A DNA stretch of 47,682 bases. It comes from Verrucomicrobiota bacterium (GTDB taxonomy: Bacteria > Verrucomicrobiota > Verrucomicrobiia > Chthoniobacterales > UBA6821). The first letter of the stretch is position 1; every line of letters starts with the position of its first letter. Both the position numbers and the translations under genes were made by a program. Below are positions 18,935-27,956 of the stretch, piece after piece. Under the pieces are notes generated by a model that saw only the letters and a list, made by a program, of their open reading frames with translations, was not told the origin of the DNA and did not search any database. The DNA lies in the NCBI GenBank assembly GCA_037127835.1, contig JBAXXS010000003.1, forward strand, positions 1-47,682. Direction: 5' to 3'.

Positions 18935-20941
18935 GTGCGTTCCTATAGCCTGCCCGTGAATTCCTCCTCCGATCATAAGCCTCCCGCCATCCTGATGGAG
19001 GGAATCACCAAGTGCTATCCCGTCGGGGACACCGAGATCGCGGTGCTGCACGGGGTGTCGCTCCGGATTGAGGTGGGTGAATTCGTGGCGATCATCGGCC
19101 CCTCGGGTTCGGGCAAGACCACGCTCATGAACATTCTGGGACTGATGGACTCTCCTACCTCGGGACGGTTTGAGCTTAACGGACGGGATGTCTCCCGGCT
19201 TAAACCGGATGAACGCGCCGAGGCGAGGGGACGACTCTTCGGGTTCATTTTTCAGCGTTACAATCTGCTCACCACCCAGACGGCGGTCGAGAATGTGGAG
19301 CTTCCCGGTTCCTACATCGGCATGCCCGCTGCCAAACGACGCGAACGCGCCCTCATGCTGCTGGGGGAGCTTGGCCTCGGTCATCGCGTGCAGAATCGCC
19401 CGACCCAGCTATCGGGAGGAGAGCAGCAGCGGGTAGCGGTCTCCCGCGCCCTGATGAACGGGGGCAGCATTATCTTGGCCGACGAGCCGACCGGGGCCTT
19501 GGATACCGCCCGTGGCCGCGAACTGATACTAAAAATCCACGACCTGCATCGTGCCGGTCACACTGTCATCCTGATCACCCATGACCCTAGCATCGCCGCA
19601 GAGGCCCCCAGGGTGATCAGGATCGTGGACGGAAATATCCTATCGGATGAGAAGTCCGACAAGGAGCAGGTCGGTCCTGTCTTGGAAGGATCGCAAATTA
19701 CTATTCCAGCATTTCCCGTTTTGCCCGTTCCTGTAAAACGGCGTCGGCTGATCCTGCTTGCAGACCTGATGGAGGCTGTACGGATGGCCTCCCGTGCCCT
19801 CAGGAATAATCTCTTCAGGACTTTTCTCACCATGCTGGGCGTCATCATCGGCGTGGCCTCCGTTGTTACGATGCTTTCCATCGGCGAGGGATCCCAACAG
19901 AGCATGATGAAGTCGATGGGGCGTATGGGAACGAACATGCTAATGATTCAACCTGGCTCCAAGACCGTGCTCCAGGGCGGGGCCCTCACTCTCCAGGATG
20001 TCGAGGCCATTAGGAATCTCAGCCATATTCTACAGATCGTCCCGAGCGTCACGTCCAGCCAGATCCTGCGCTACCGCGGCAAGACTTACTCCTGCGGCGT
20101 CGGCGCCGTCACCCCCAACTACCCGGAGGCCGAGAACCGCTTGATTGTGATGGGAACCTTTTTCAACCAGCAGGATGAGGAACGGCGAGCCCCCGTCGTC
20201 GTCCTGGGCATGAAACCGTATCTCGAGCTTTTCGGCGCTGGTGTCGATCCGATCGGGAAGTATGTGCTGCTCAACAACGCCCCCTTCATGGTAGTCGGCG
20301 TGGTGACCGTCCGCGGAGGAAGCGGCGACGGCCGCGATCGCGAGGATGACAACGCCTTCATCCCCCTCAACACTGGCGAGGCTCGCCTCTTCCGTAGCCA
20401 GAATCTCTCTCAGATAAGAGTGCAGGTTGACGAATACAAGTATGTTGATTCCGTTCAAGACGAGATCAGGAGTCGGCTCAATAGGCTACGACAGCAAGAG
20501 GATTTCCGCATCTTCAACCAGGCCGCCATGATCGAGGCGACCAAGCATGCCCAAGATACATTCCGATTCCTGCTTGGTGCCGTGGCTTCAGTCTCCCTCG
20601 TGGTGGGAGGCATCGGTGTCATGAACATCATGCTGGTCAACGTGGTCGAGCGGACACGCGAGATTGGGGTCCGGATGGCCTGTGGTGCGCGGAGCAGAGA
20701 CATCCAGTTCCAGTTCCTGACCGAGGCCATCCTTGTCTGTCTGCTGGGAGGGTTGCTTGGGGTGGCCCTGGGGGCTATTCTATCATGCATTATCGTTGTC
20801 GGTGACACAAAGCCCGTACTCACCTTGGGACCTATCCTACTCTCCTTCGCAGCCGCTTTTATCACGGGAGTCCTCTTCGGCTTCCTTCCGGCCCGCAAGG
20901 CCTCCAGACTTGATCCCGTCGTCGCTCTCAGCTCCGAATAG
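18935..20941 (+). CDS. macB: MacB-like ABC exporter (ATPase plus FtsX-type permease)
   Basis: GPSGSGKTT, LSGGEQQR, ADEPTGALD; LTMLGVIIGV; GGIGVMNIMLVNVVERTREIGVR; PARKASRLDPV. Confidence 0.94.
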   Translation: MRSYSLPVNSSSDHKPPAILMEGITKCYPVGDTEIAVLHGVSLRIEVGEFVAIIGPSGSGKTTLMNILGLMDSPTSGRFELNGRDVSRLKPDERAEARGRLFGFIFQRYNLLTTQTAVENVELPGSYIGMPAAKRRERALMLLGELGLGHRVQNRPTQLSGGEQQRVAVSRALMNGGSIILADEPTGALDTARGRELILKIHDLHRAGHTVILITHDPSIAAEAPRVIRIVDGNILSDEKSDKEQVGPVLEGSQITIPAFPVLPVPVKRRRLILLADLMEAVRMASRALRNNLFRTFLTMLGVIIGVASVVTMLSIGEGSQQSMMKSMGRMGTNMLMIQPGSKTVLQGGALTLQDVEAIRNLSHILQIVPSVTSSQILRYRGKTYSCGVGAVTPNYPEAENRLIVMGTFFNQQDEERRAPVVVLGMKPYLELFGAGVDPIGKYVLLNNAPFMVVGVVTVRGGSGDGRDREDDNAFIPLNTGEARLFRSQNLSQIRVQVDEYKYVDSVQDEIRSRLNRLRQQEDFRIFNQAAMIEATKHAQDTFRFLLGAVASVSLVVGGIGVMNIMLVNVVERTREIGVRMACGARSRDIQFQFLTEAILVCLLGGLLGVALGAILSCIIVVGDTKPVLTLGPILLSFAAAFITGVLFGFLPARKASRLDPVVALSSE

Positions 20942-20948
20942 TCGTCCC

Positions 20949-22415
20949 ATGGACCGCTCAATGACCAGACACATCTCGTTGACGGCACTGATGCTTGCCT
21001 TCGCCATACCAAGTTGCTCCACGCCCCGCAAGAAGGAGCCGTCATCACCCGTTGCTGTTCCGCAGGAATGGAAGGCCACGGGCCTGAAATCCTCGCTCGC
21101 TCCTTCCGGATGGCTCTCCACCTTCCACGACCCGATGCTCGATTCCGTGGTGAGGAGCGTCCTCGCCGATAACTACGACCTGAAGGCTGCGGCAGGCCGT
21201 CTTCAGGCTGCCGTCGCGAATTCCCGCGTGGCGTCCGCGGACCTCTATCCCCAGGTGGGGGTGAGGGCGGGCACGTCTGTCAATGACACCCCCCTCTACA
21301 GCGCGCGGTCGGTGAACTATCAGACCGACCCGGGCAACTGGAACTACACCCTCAACCTTGCCCTCAGCTGGGAACTGGATGTCTGGGGTCGCCTCAGGTC
21401 CCTTTCCAAAGCCGCCAAGGCAGCTGCAGCCTCCGCGACATTCACCTACGAGGGAGCCCGGCTCTCGCTTGCCGGGCAGGCGGCCAAGGGGTGGTTCGCC
21501 GTGATCGAGAGTCGCGAGCAGGTTCGTATCGCCGAGGAGACGTTGGCCAGTCTCCGCAAAACGCGGGATCTGGCCAAGGCACGTTATGACAACGGCGCGG
21601 TTTCCTCGTTTGACGTCCACCTCAGCAGTTCGGACGAGATCACCGCTGAGGCGAATCTTGTCCAGCGACAGCAGAACTACGCCGATGCCAAGCGCTCCCT
21701 CGAGACGCTGCTCGGCCGTTATCCCTCCGACGAGCTGGAGAACCGGCGCGCCTCCTTCCCACGCCTCATTCCGGAGGTTCCAGCCGGTTTGCCCTCGGAA
21801 TTGCTCCTGCGCCGTCCCGACCTGCGCGCGGCCGACTGGAATCTCTTCGCTTCGGAAAATCGCCTCTTCTCCGCCAAGACGGAAAGGCTTCCCAGGCTGG
21901 CCCTCACCTCCACGGCGGGGACGCCTTCGGTCCTGCTTCAGGATATCACCAGCGACAAAAGCTTCCTCTACACGGTGGCGGCCAACCTCACTGCTCCTAT
22001 TCTCGACGGGGGCAGGATTTCCGGGAACGTGAAGCTCACCAAAGCGCAGCGCGACACCGCAGCGGCCGCCTACGCCCAGCAGGTACTCACAGCATTCCGG
22101 GAGGTCGAGAACACGCTTTCCAACGAAGCCACGCTTGTCTCCCGCGAACAACTTCAGGAGAGGGCGCTCGGGGAACTGCGCGAAGCCTACCGTATCGCCA
22201 CCATCCGATACAAATCCGGCCAGATCGACATCGTCTCGCTCCTGCAAGCCCAGCGAAGCATGCTGGCCGCTGAGAGCGTCCTGATGAACACGCGTCTCCT
22301 CAGGCTTAATAACCGCATCGACCTCTTCCTCGCTCTCGGGGAAAGCGTAGGCCCCGTCTCTTCGGCATCTCGGTTCCGCGATGCTTCTCTCGCTCTACTT
22401 TTGAAGGGCGCCTGA
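20949..22415 (+). CDS. TolC/NodT-family outer membrane efflux lipoprotein
   Basis: Lipobox-like FAIPSC, SWELDVWGRL, PSELLLRRPDLRAA, AFREVEN, LFLALG. Start is 20949 or 20961. Confidence 0.92.
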   Translation: MDRSMTRHISLTALMLAFAIPSCSTPRKKEPSSPVAVPQEWKATGLKSSLAPSGWLSTFHDPMLDSVVRSVLADNYDLKAAAGRLQAAVANSRVASADLYPQVGVRAGTSVNDTPLYSARSVNYQTDPGNWNYTLNLALSWELDVWGRLRSLSKAAKAAAASATFTYEGARLSLAGQAAKGWFAVIESREQVRIAEETLASLRKTRDLAKARYDNGAVSSFDVHLSSSDEITAEANLVQRQQNYADAKRSLETLLGRYPSDELENRRASFPRLIPEVPAGLPSELLLRRPDLRAADWNLFASENRLFSAKTERLPRLALTSTAGTPSVLLQDITSDKSFLYTVAANLTAPILDGGRISGNVKLTKAQRDTAAAAYAQQVLTAFREVENTLSNEATLVSREQLQERALGELREAYRIATIRYKSGQIDIVSLLQAQRSMLAAESVLMNTRLLRLNNRIDLFLALGESVGPVSSASRFRDASLALLLKGA

Positions 22416-22425
22416 CCGGGAGCAA

Positions 22426-22977
22426 TCAGAACGGCATCTCGAGCGGGTCACGGTTGGCCAACTCCCAGGCCAAGAGATTCCTTTTGCGATCCAGTCCCCA
22501 GCGGTAGCCCGTGAGTTTTCCTTTGGAAACGACCCGGTGGCATGGAATGAGAACGGAAATCTCATTGGCCCCGACAGCTCGTCCTACGGCGCGCGCAGCA
22601 GTTGGTCGCCCAATTCCCTTGGCCACGTCACCATAGGTGACAATGGTTCCTTTTGGGATGCCGCGCAGGTATTCCCAGACTGCGAGTTGGAACGGCGTTC
22701 CCATCGCCATGAGCAGCATGGATTCCGGATTCTCGAAAAGAATGGGGATCATGGCATCGGCTTCTGGGGTTTGACGGAGAGCGAAACCTGGCCACTTCGT
22801 TTGAAGTAAAGAAGCTCCTGCATCTTTGTTCGCCGCAAAATAGAGGGCCAGCAAATGCTGATCAGCAATCAGAATCGCGCAACCTCCGAAGGGTGTTTCA
22901 GCAAATCCGAAGACTAAATCGCCGGTCTCCTTTAGTGTCCTGACTCTGGCGTCATGAGGAGAGAGCCAGAGATCCAC
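22426..22977 (-). CDS. ogt: Methylated-DNA--protein-cysteine methyltransferase
   Basis: GTPFQLAVW, IPKG..VTYGDVA, AARAVG, active-site PCHRVV, GYRWG. Confidence 0.95.
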   Translation of the reverse strand: MDLWLSPHDARVRTLKETGDLVFGFAETPFGGCAILIADQHLLALYFAANKDAGASLLQTKWPGFALRQTPEADAMIPILFENPESMLLMAMGTPFQLAVWEYLRGIPKGTIVTYGDVAKGIGRPTAARAVGRAVGANEISVLIPCHRVVSKGKLTGYRWGLDRKRNLLAWELANRDPLEMPF

Positions 22978-22996
22978 GGCACTTCAGGATTATATT

Positions 22997-23611
22997 CTAG
23001 GGATGGGCAGGTGTCTTGGCTGACAAATGATCCAATCTTAACAATACTTCGTTCCGCCTCATGAAGCCGGGTGTCCACGGCGGATTGTAGTAGGCATAGA
23101 TCGGCGATCCTGTGGCCGGGAGGTTCTTGGCTACGGCCCAGGCCAGGAGTTTCTTCGAGGCCGCCTCGCTTGGTTCGGGCTTGCTGGGGCCCGAGAAACA
23201 GTAGACGGCGTAGCGAGCAGGCGGCTTTGTGCTGATCATCACGTCAGGGTTGGACGGCATCGGCACTCCTTGTTGAGCGACATTCTTCGGCACGATAAAG
23301 CTCATAACTCCCGACTCAGTTCCCGTCATCAGGACAGGGGTGGTCATGGAGATCTTCTGGGAGCGCTCGTTGCGTCCGGAGATAAATCGGAAGAGCCTCA
23401 TAAAGGATCCGTCCTCGCCGCGCTTCTGCATCGGAGTGGAGACTAAAGTGAGTTCGGGATAATCCCGGATCTCGAAGGAGCCCTCTTTCTCCACGACCTT
23501 GTAGTCGGGAGATTCATACTTCGACTTCCCACATCCGGCAAATAGGGAGGAGAGCATGGCAATCATCATAAGAAGCCATTTCGTGGAAGATGAGGAGAAA
23601 GCAGTCTTCAT
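22997..23611 (-). CDS. SOUL heme-binding family lipoprotein
   Basis: Lipobox LFAGC; YESPDYKV, FEIRDYP, FMRLFRFISG, ISMTTPV, YNPPWTP..RRNEV. Confidence 0.88.
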   Translation of the reverse strand: MKTAFSSSSTKWLLMMIAMLSSLFAGCGKSKYESPDYKVVEKEGSFEIRDYPELTLVSTPMQKRGEDGSFMRLFRFISGRNERSQKISMTTPVLMTGTESGVMSFIVPKNVAQQGVPMPSNPDVMISTKPPARYAVYCFSGPSKPEPSEAASKKLLAWAVAKNLPATGSPIYAYYNPPWTPGFMRRNEVLLRLDHLSAKTPAHP

Positions 23612-23667
23612 AAAATCACTTCAAGCCAAGACGTGAATCCAGTCAAAGGCTAAACTGGAATGCCGCT

Positions 23668-23690
23668 AGTACTTAGTACTGAGTACTAAG
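23668..23690. repeat. Palindromic 7-bp tandem repeat downstream of tRNA-Arg
   Basis: agtactt-agtactg-agtacta; cttagtact-g-agtactaag is a perfect 9-bp inverted repeat. Confidence 0.75.
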
Positions 23691-23734
23691 AGGGCCATGC
23701 CGAAGCGGCCTGCAACTTAACAGTAAAAAGAGAG

Positions 23735-23808
23735 TGCAGCCATGAGGAGTCGAACCTCAAACCTTCTGATCCGTAGTCAGATGCTCTATCCAATTGAGCT
23801 ATGGCTGC
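23735..23808 (-). tRNA. tRNA-Arg (anticodon ACG); CCA not encoded
   Basis: Reverse complement GCAGCCATAGCTCAATTGGATAGAGCATCTGACTACGGATCAGAAGGTTTGAGGTTCGACTCCTCATGGCTGCA folds into a cloverleaf with anticodon loop CTACGGA and T-loop TTCGACT. Confidence 0.97.
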
Positions 23809-23871
23809 GTTAGGGGGAGAAACCATAAGCAGTGAACGACTCATGGGTCAACGCATTTACTGAAACTTCTC

Positions 23872-23900
23872 TTGACGATACGAGTCTTAAGATTGATGAT
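23872..23900 (+). promoter_or_regulatory. Candidate sigma70 promoter for the SAM riboswitch leader
   Basis: TTGACG-N17-GATGAT ends about 9 nt before riboswitch P1. Confidence 0.45.
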
Positions 23901-23909
23901 AACAACTCA

Positions 23910-24024
23910 ATCTTATCAAGAGTGACTGAGGGACTGGCCCGCTGATGTCACGGCAACCGCTGCGGAATTTTTCGTAGGCCCAGGTGCCAAATCCAGCTCC
24001 GAGCAATCGGGGAAAAGATGAGAT
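23910..24024 (+). ncRNA. SAM-I (S-box) riboswitch
   Basis: P1 atcttatc/gatgagat; hallmark segments CTTATCAAGAG, GAGGGACTGGCCC, GGCAACC, GGTGCCAAATCC, GAAAAGATGAG. Confidence 0.95.
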
Positions 24025-24107
24025 ACTTGGCAGAGCCGATGATCCACAGGGATTGAGGCACCAGGTCTCCTCGGCACTCTTGATTGGAAAACAACCGACC
24101 AAGACCT

Positions 24108-25364
24108 ATGTCCAAGAAACCCTTTTTCAGTAATCTGAAATGCCGTGAATGCGGCCGTCTCTACGAGAAAGAGGCGATCCATATCTGTGAATTCGACTTT
24201 GGCCCGCTGGAGGCCGCCTATGACTACGAGGCGATCCGCGCAGTGCTGACCCGGGAACTCATCGAGTCTCGCCCTCAGACGATGTGGCGCTATCGGGAGC
24301 TGCTTCCGATCGATGGCGAGCCGACCGTTGGCACCCAGGTGGGCTTTACCCCGCTCGTGAAGGCCGACCGTCTGGCCAAAGCTCTCGGCATTCGCGAAAT
24401 CTGGATCAAGAACGACTCCGTCAATTACCCGACTCTTTCCTTCAAGGATCGCGTGGTCTCCGTGGCACTCAGCCGTGCCCGCGAGCTCGGATTCGAGGTG
24501 GTCGCCTGCGCCTCCACGGGCAATCTGGCTAACTCGGTCGCTGCCAACGCTGCCAATGCCGGACTCAAGAGCTATGTGTTGATCCCCTCGAATCTCGAAC
24601 AGGGTAAGGTACTCGGTTCGCTAGTCTATGGAACCAACGTCATCGCGATCAAAGGCCCCTATGACCAGGTGAACCGCCTCTGCTCCGAGATCGCTGGCAA
24701 GTACGGGTGGGGTTTCGTGAACGTGAACCTCCGCCCTTACTACGCGGAGGGGTCCAAGACCATGGGCTTCGAGATCGCCGAGCAGCTTGGCTGGAAGCTT
24801 CCCCGCCACACGGTGGTCTGCATGGCCTCCGGATCGCTGCTCACTAAGATCCACAAGGCCTACAAGGAGTTTATCGATCTCGACATCGTCCCGAAGAGCG
24901 ATTTCACCATCCACGGGGCGCAGGCCTCCGGATGCTCCCCGATCAGCACCGCCTTCAAGGCCGGCTCGGAGATGGTGAAGCCCGTTCAGAATCCCGACAC
25001 GATCGCCAAGTCCCTCGCGATTGGAACGCCGGCCGACGGCTACTACGCGATCCGCAGCATGCGGGAGACAGGTGGAAGCTGTGAGGATTGCACCGATGAA
25101 GAGATCGTCGAGGGGATTAAGCTCCTGGCCGAGACCACCGGCATCTTTGCCGAGACGGCCGGCGGCGTCACTGTCGCCTGCGCCAGGAAACTCATCGAGT
25201 CCGGCAAAATCCCCAGGGATGAGAGCGCTGTCCTCTGCATCACCGGCCACGGCCTCAAGACCCAGGAAGCCATCGTCGGTAAGGTCGGAGAGCCTCGCGT
25301 CATCGGGGCCAGCCTGCGAGAGTTCGAAGCCCTGGTCGCCGACGAAGTCGCGGCAAAAAGCTAA
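24108..25364 (+). CDS. Threonine-synthase-like PLP enzyme (second ThrC paralogue; probable sulfur amino acid synthase)
   Basis: N-terminal CRECG zinc-ribbon-like motif, PTLSFKDR (PLP lysine), CASTGN, EGSKTMGFE, ITGHGLKT. Downstream of a SAM-I riboswitch, upstream of a sulfur carrier. Start moved to MSKKPF. Confidence 0.9.
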   Translation: MSKKPFFSNLKCRECGRLYEKEAIHICEFDFGPLEAAYDYEAIRAVLTRELIESRPQTMWRYRELLPIDGEPTVGTQVGFTPLVKADRLAKALGIREIWIKNDSVNYPTLSFKDRVVSVALSRARELGFEVVACASTGNLANSVAANAANAGLKSYVLIPSNLEQGKVLGSLVYGTNVIAIKGPYDQVNRLCSEIAGKYGWGFVNVNLRPYYAEGSKTMGFEIAEQLGWKLPRHTVVCMASGSLLTKIHKAYKEFIDLDIVPKSDFTIHGAQASGCSPISTAFKAGSEMVKPVQNPDTIAKSLAIGTPADGYYAIRSMRETGGSCEDCTDEEIVEGIKLLAETTGIFAETAGGVTVACARKLIESGKIPRDESAVLCITGHGLKTQEAIVGKVGEPRVIGASLREFEALVADEVAAKS

Positions 25365-25370
25365 CCTTCA

Positions 25371-25412
25371 TTACCCATTACCTATCACCCAAACCCTATT
25401 ACCTAATTCCCA
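25371..25412. repeat. Degenerate 7-bp tandem repeat
   Basis: ttaccca-ttaccta-tcaccca-aacccta-ttaccta-attccca, running into the ATG of the sulfur carrier gene. Confidence 0.8.
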
Positions 25413-25684
25413 TGCCCATCGTCCGAATCCCCACCCCACTCCGCAAGCTGACCAATAATCTTGAGGAGGTCACGGTCTCCGGTGCTACGCTCGCCGTCGT
25501 TCTGGACGAACTCAATGCCGCCTATCCCGGTCTGAGCGAGCGCATCGTTGATGAAAACGGCATTATCCGCCGTTTCGTTAATATCTTTGTGAACGACGAG
25601 GATGTCCGCTTCCTTCAGGAAAAAGAGACCCCGATCCAAGAAGCCGATATCGTCTCTATTGTTCCAGCTATCGCTGGAGGCTAG
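25412..25684 (+). CDS. MoaD/ThiS/CysO-family ubiquitin-like sulfur carrier
   Basis: 90 aa; VRIPTPLR, RRFVNIFVNDEDVRFL, and a C-terminal PAIAGG di-glycine end. Confidence 0.95.
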   Translation: MPIVRIPTPLRKLTNNLEEVTVSGATLAVVLDELNAAYPGLSERIVDENGIIRRFVNIFVNDEDVRFLQEKETPIQEADIVSIVPAIAGG

Positions 25685-25747
25685 TCCGATAGTCCCCTGC
25701 TGATAGTCCTCTTGCCTTCGCGACTCTAACCTCCGATCTTTTCTATT

Positions 25748-25990
25748 ATGGAAACGACCCGCCTCTGGCTTATGTATCCGGCTAAGCTCATCACACGCCC
25801 GCTTGTCTACGAACTGGGACACAAATTCTCCGTCACGACGAATGTCCGCCAGGCAAGCGTTACCAACGAGATCGGCCTTGTCTGTCTCGAGCTCATCGGC
25901 GAGCGCGGCGAGATCAAGCGTTCTATCGCATGGCTCGAGGAGCTTGGAGTGAAGGTCGAACCGGTCGAGATCAACACGATCGAGGGTTGA
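25748..25990 (+). CDS. Stand-alone NIL-domain protein (ACT-like)
   Basis: 80 aa; LMYPAKLITRPLVYEL...VTTNVRQASV...GLVCLEL.G....I..LEELGVKVE fits the NIL domain pattern found at the MetN C-terminus. Confidence 0.85.
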   Translation: METTRLWLMYPAKLITRPLVYELGHKFSVTTNVRQASVTNEIGLVCLELIGERGEIKRSIAWLEELGVKVEPVEINTIEG

Positions 25991-26017
25991 TGAGTTCGCT
26001 CTTGATACCATCTGATC

Positions 26018-26470
26018 ATGAAAATTTCTCTCGGTAGCGATCACGCAGGATTTGAATACAAGCAGGCCTTGGCCGAGATGCTTCGTATGCAGGGGCATGA
26101 TGTCATCGATTGCGGCACCCACTCCGCCGACTCCACCGACTACCCCCTCTGGTGCATTCCCGCAGCTGAGAAAGTGGCTAGCGGTGAAGCCGAGAAGGGC
26201 ATCGTCGTCGGCGGATCCGGCAATGGCGAGGCTATCGCGGCCAACAAGGTGAAGGGGATCCGTTGTGCCATCGCCTGGAGCGATGAGACCGCCAAGCTGG
26301 CCAGCCAGCACAACAATGCTAATGTCCTCTCGATCGGCGAGCGCATGGTCTCGCTCGAGACCGCTAAGCGCCTGGTCGATCTCTGGCTCTCCACCCCCTT
26401 CGAGGGTGGGCGCCATCTCAAGCGTATTGAAGAACTAGCACTCTACGAGTCGGGTAAACCGATGCAGTAG
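26018..26470 (+). CDS. rpiB: Ribose-5-phosphate isomerase B
   Basis: GSDHAG, DYP, GGSGNGEAIAANKVKGIR, HNNANVL, FEGGRH. Confidence 0.95.
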   Translation: MKISLGSDHAGFEYKQALAEMLRMQGHDVIDCGTHSADSTDYPLWCIPAAEKVASGEAEKGIVVGGSGNGEAIAANKVKGIRCAIAWSDETAKLASQHNNANVLSIGERMVSLETAKRLVDLWLSTPFEGGRHLKRIEELALYESGKPMQ

Positions 26471-26545
26471 ATGAAGGAAAGTTTCGTGCAGCCGTAACGG
26501 ATGCGCGAGAGTCGGGTCCTTGTTCTAAACTGCTTCGGCCTGTGG

Positions 26546-27769
26546 CTATGAAATAGAAACGATCAATGCAGTTGTATTGTCTTTTCCGGAAGACTCTATG
26601 GCTTCAGCTACGAGATGCTCTGCGGGAGTTCGGTTCTTTGGACATTCTTTCAAACCCTCTGCGATTCGTTGATCCGAGAGTCCGTCGGTCACCCCGTCCG
26701 AGCAGATCAGAAAGCGGTCGCCCGGACGGCAGGCGATCTCGCCGATCTGCGGGTTCACGAATTGATTGCCAGCCCCAAGCGCCTTTTGCAGGCGGTTCTT
26801 TGCCGGGTGCATCCGCGCCTCCAGTTCACTGATCTGTCCGGTGCGCTTTAGCCATCCGACATGAGTGTCGTCGTTGGTAAGTTGGAGGATTTTGCCATCC
26901 TTGGGCATGTAATAGATGCGGGTGTCACCAATATGGGCGAAGTGCATCGTGTCGCCGGAAAACCAGCAGAGGCTGAGGGTGGCTCCCATGCCGCAACACT
27001 CCTCATAGCTGTCGCCCAGATATTGAAGGGCCTTGTTAATTTCCGAGAATAGCGCTTCGAAGGCTCCTTCATAGCCGATCGGCTTGCCGCTGGCTCGTTG
27101 CCGGATCAGCGGGGGGAGCATGCGGGTGATTTTATCAACAACGATCCGGCTGGCGAATTCACCCGCATTCGCGCCACCCATTCCATCGCTGACGGCAAAC
27201 AGCAGATCGTCCTCTGCATGGGATGCAGCGCCGACCTTTCCCAGATGACGCACCTCCGCCGCATCGATCGCCAGTCCGAGAAAAGCATCCTCGTTATTGG
27301 ACCTTATGCGTCCGCTGTGGGAGTACCCTGACCATGTGAGAGAAAGCTTTTGGGATGGTGGCACCTCCATTGGCGTCGAGATCGAAACGCCGTCCTTTTT
27401 CAGGATTGTCGCAAATTCAAAATCGATCAGGCAGAAGCGCCCGTCCTGCTGGCGATAGGTGACGTTGCGGAGGTCGGCATCGTCGTGTCGGACGCCGTAG
27501 CGTTCGAGTTCCGCGAAGAGTTCCTTGCAACGCTTCGGGTCAAGCTGGTCGACGCGTGAACCGCAGTTCGTCGTGACAAGAAGGAGTTTCTCCGGTTCCG
27601 CCGAGATCACCCGGGGGACAAAATCGCATCCGGCTTTTTCAAGATACCGCAGGACTCGGACTTCGTTGGTGAAGCGTTCCTTGGCCTTCGGTCCATGGAA
27701 CGCCTTGCGCACGCTCCCATCGAAGCAGACCTGGACGGTGGCGCGCTGGGTGTCCTTGACTGTGAGCAT
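26546..27769 (-). CDS. Fusion of a minimal protein-kinase-like domain and a PP2C/PPM Ser/Thr phosphatase
   Basis: N-terminal ~125 aa: VRK, ERFTNE, HDDADLRN (HxDxxxxN), LIDFE. C-terminal: RSNNEDAF, VSDGMGG, HIGDTR, CSDGVTD, GKDNTT. Confidence 0.85.
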   Translation of the reverse strand: MLTVKDTQRATVQVCFDGSVRKAFHGPKAKERFTNEVRVLRYLEKAGCDFVPRVISAEPEKLLLVTTNCGSRVDQLDPKRCKELFAELERYGVRHDDADLRNVTYRQQDGRFCLIDFEFATILKKDGVSISTPMEVPPSQKLSLTWSGYSHSGRIRSNNEDAFLGLAIDAAEVRHLGKVGAASHAEDDLLFAVSDGMGGANAGEFASRIVVDKITRMLPPLIRQRASGKPIGYEGAFEALFSEINKALQYLGDSYEECCGMGATLSLCWFSGDTMHFAHIGDTRIYYMPKDGKILQLTNDDTHVGWLKRTGQISELEARMHPAKNRLQKALGAGNQFVNPQIGEIACRPGDRFLICSDGVTDGLSDQRIAEGLKECPKNRTPAEHLVAEAIESSGKDNTTALIVSIS

Positions 27770-27777
27770 GATTAAAA

Positions 27778-27910
27778 AGACTGAAGGTGTTTAGGCCGAA
27801 GACTATTAGGTCAGAGGTCCGGCATACGATGGAAGAGTCAATTTAAAGAGACAGGGGTACCATTTCTTTGTCTTTGCCTAACAGCCTACAGCCTAAACCG
27901 CTAACAGCCT
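27778..27910. repeat. Imperfect inverted-repeat element built from 7-8 bp units
   Basis: Left arm agactgaaggtgtttaggccgaagactattagg; right arm cctaacagcctacagcctaaaccgctaacagcct. An 18-bp core recurs at 32438-32455 on the opposite strand. Confidence 0.7.
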
Positions 27911-27940
27911 CGAAATCTCCGTGCGGAGATTTTATCATTT

Positions 27941-27956
27941 TGGCATTGAAGTTGCT
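27941..27956 (+). promoter_or_regulatory. Sigma54 (-24/-12) promoter upstream of glnII
   Basis: TGGCAT-TGAAG-TTGCT matches TGGCAC-N5-TTGCW with correct spacing, about 120 bp upstream of glutamine synthetase. Confidence 0.85.

Noticed and set aside
21045-22247. 400-aa ORF antisense to the TolC-family gene, and similar long antisense ORFs (8466-9434, 15308-16156, 25403-26416, 28213-29070, 38736-39707)
   Set aside because: Each lies opposite a well-supported gene, has no recognisable motifs, and is expected from stop-poor reverse frames in GC-rich coding DNA.
17700-23735. Possible genomic island integrated at the 3' end of tRNA-Arg
   Set aside because: No integrase or transposase, and I found no duplicate of the tRNA 3' end by eye.
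25371-25412. Short repeat arrays as a CRISPR locus
   Set aside because: Units are 7-9 bp, degenerate and lack unique spacers; no cas genes in the window.
26018-26470. rpiB as a functional part of the SAM-regulated sulfur module
   Set aside because: It may be co-transcribed (27-bp gap), but it looks like an ordinary RpiB and nothing in the sequence ties it to sulfur metabolism.
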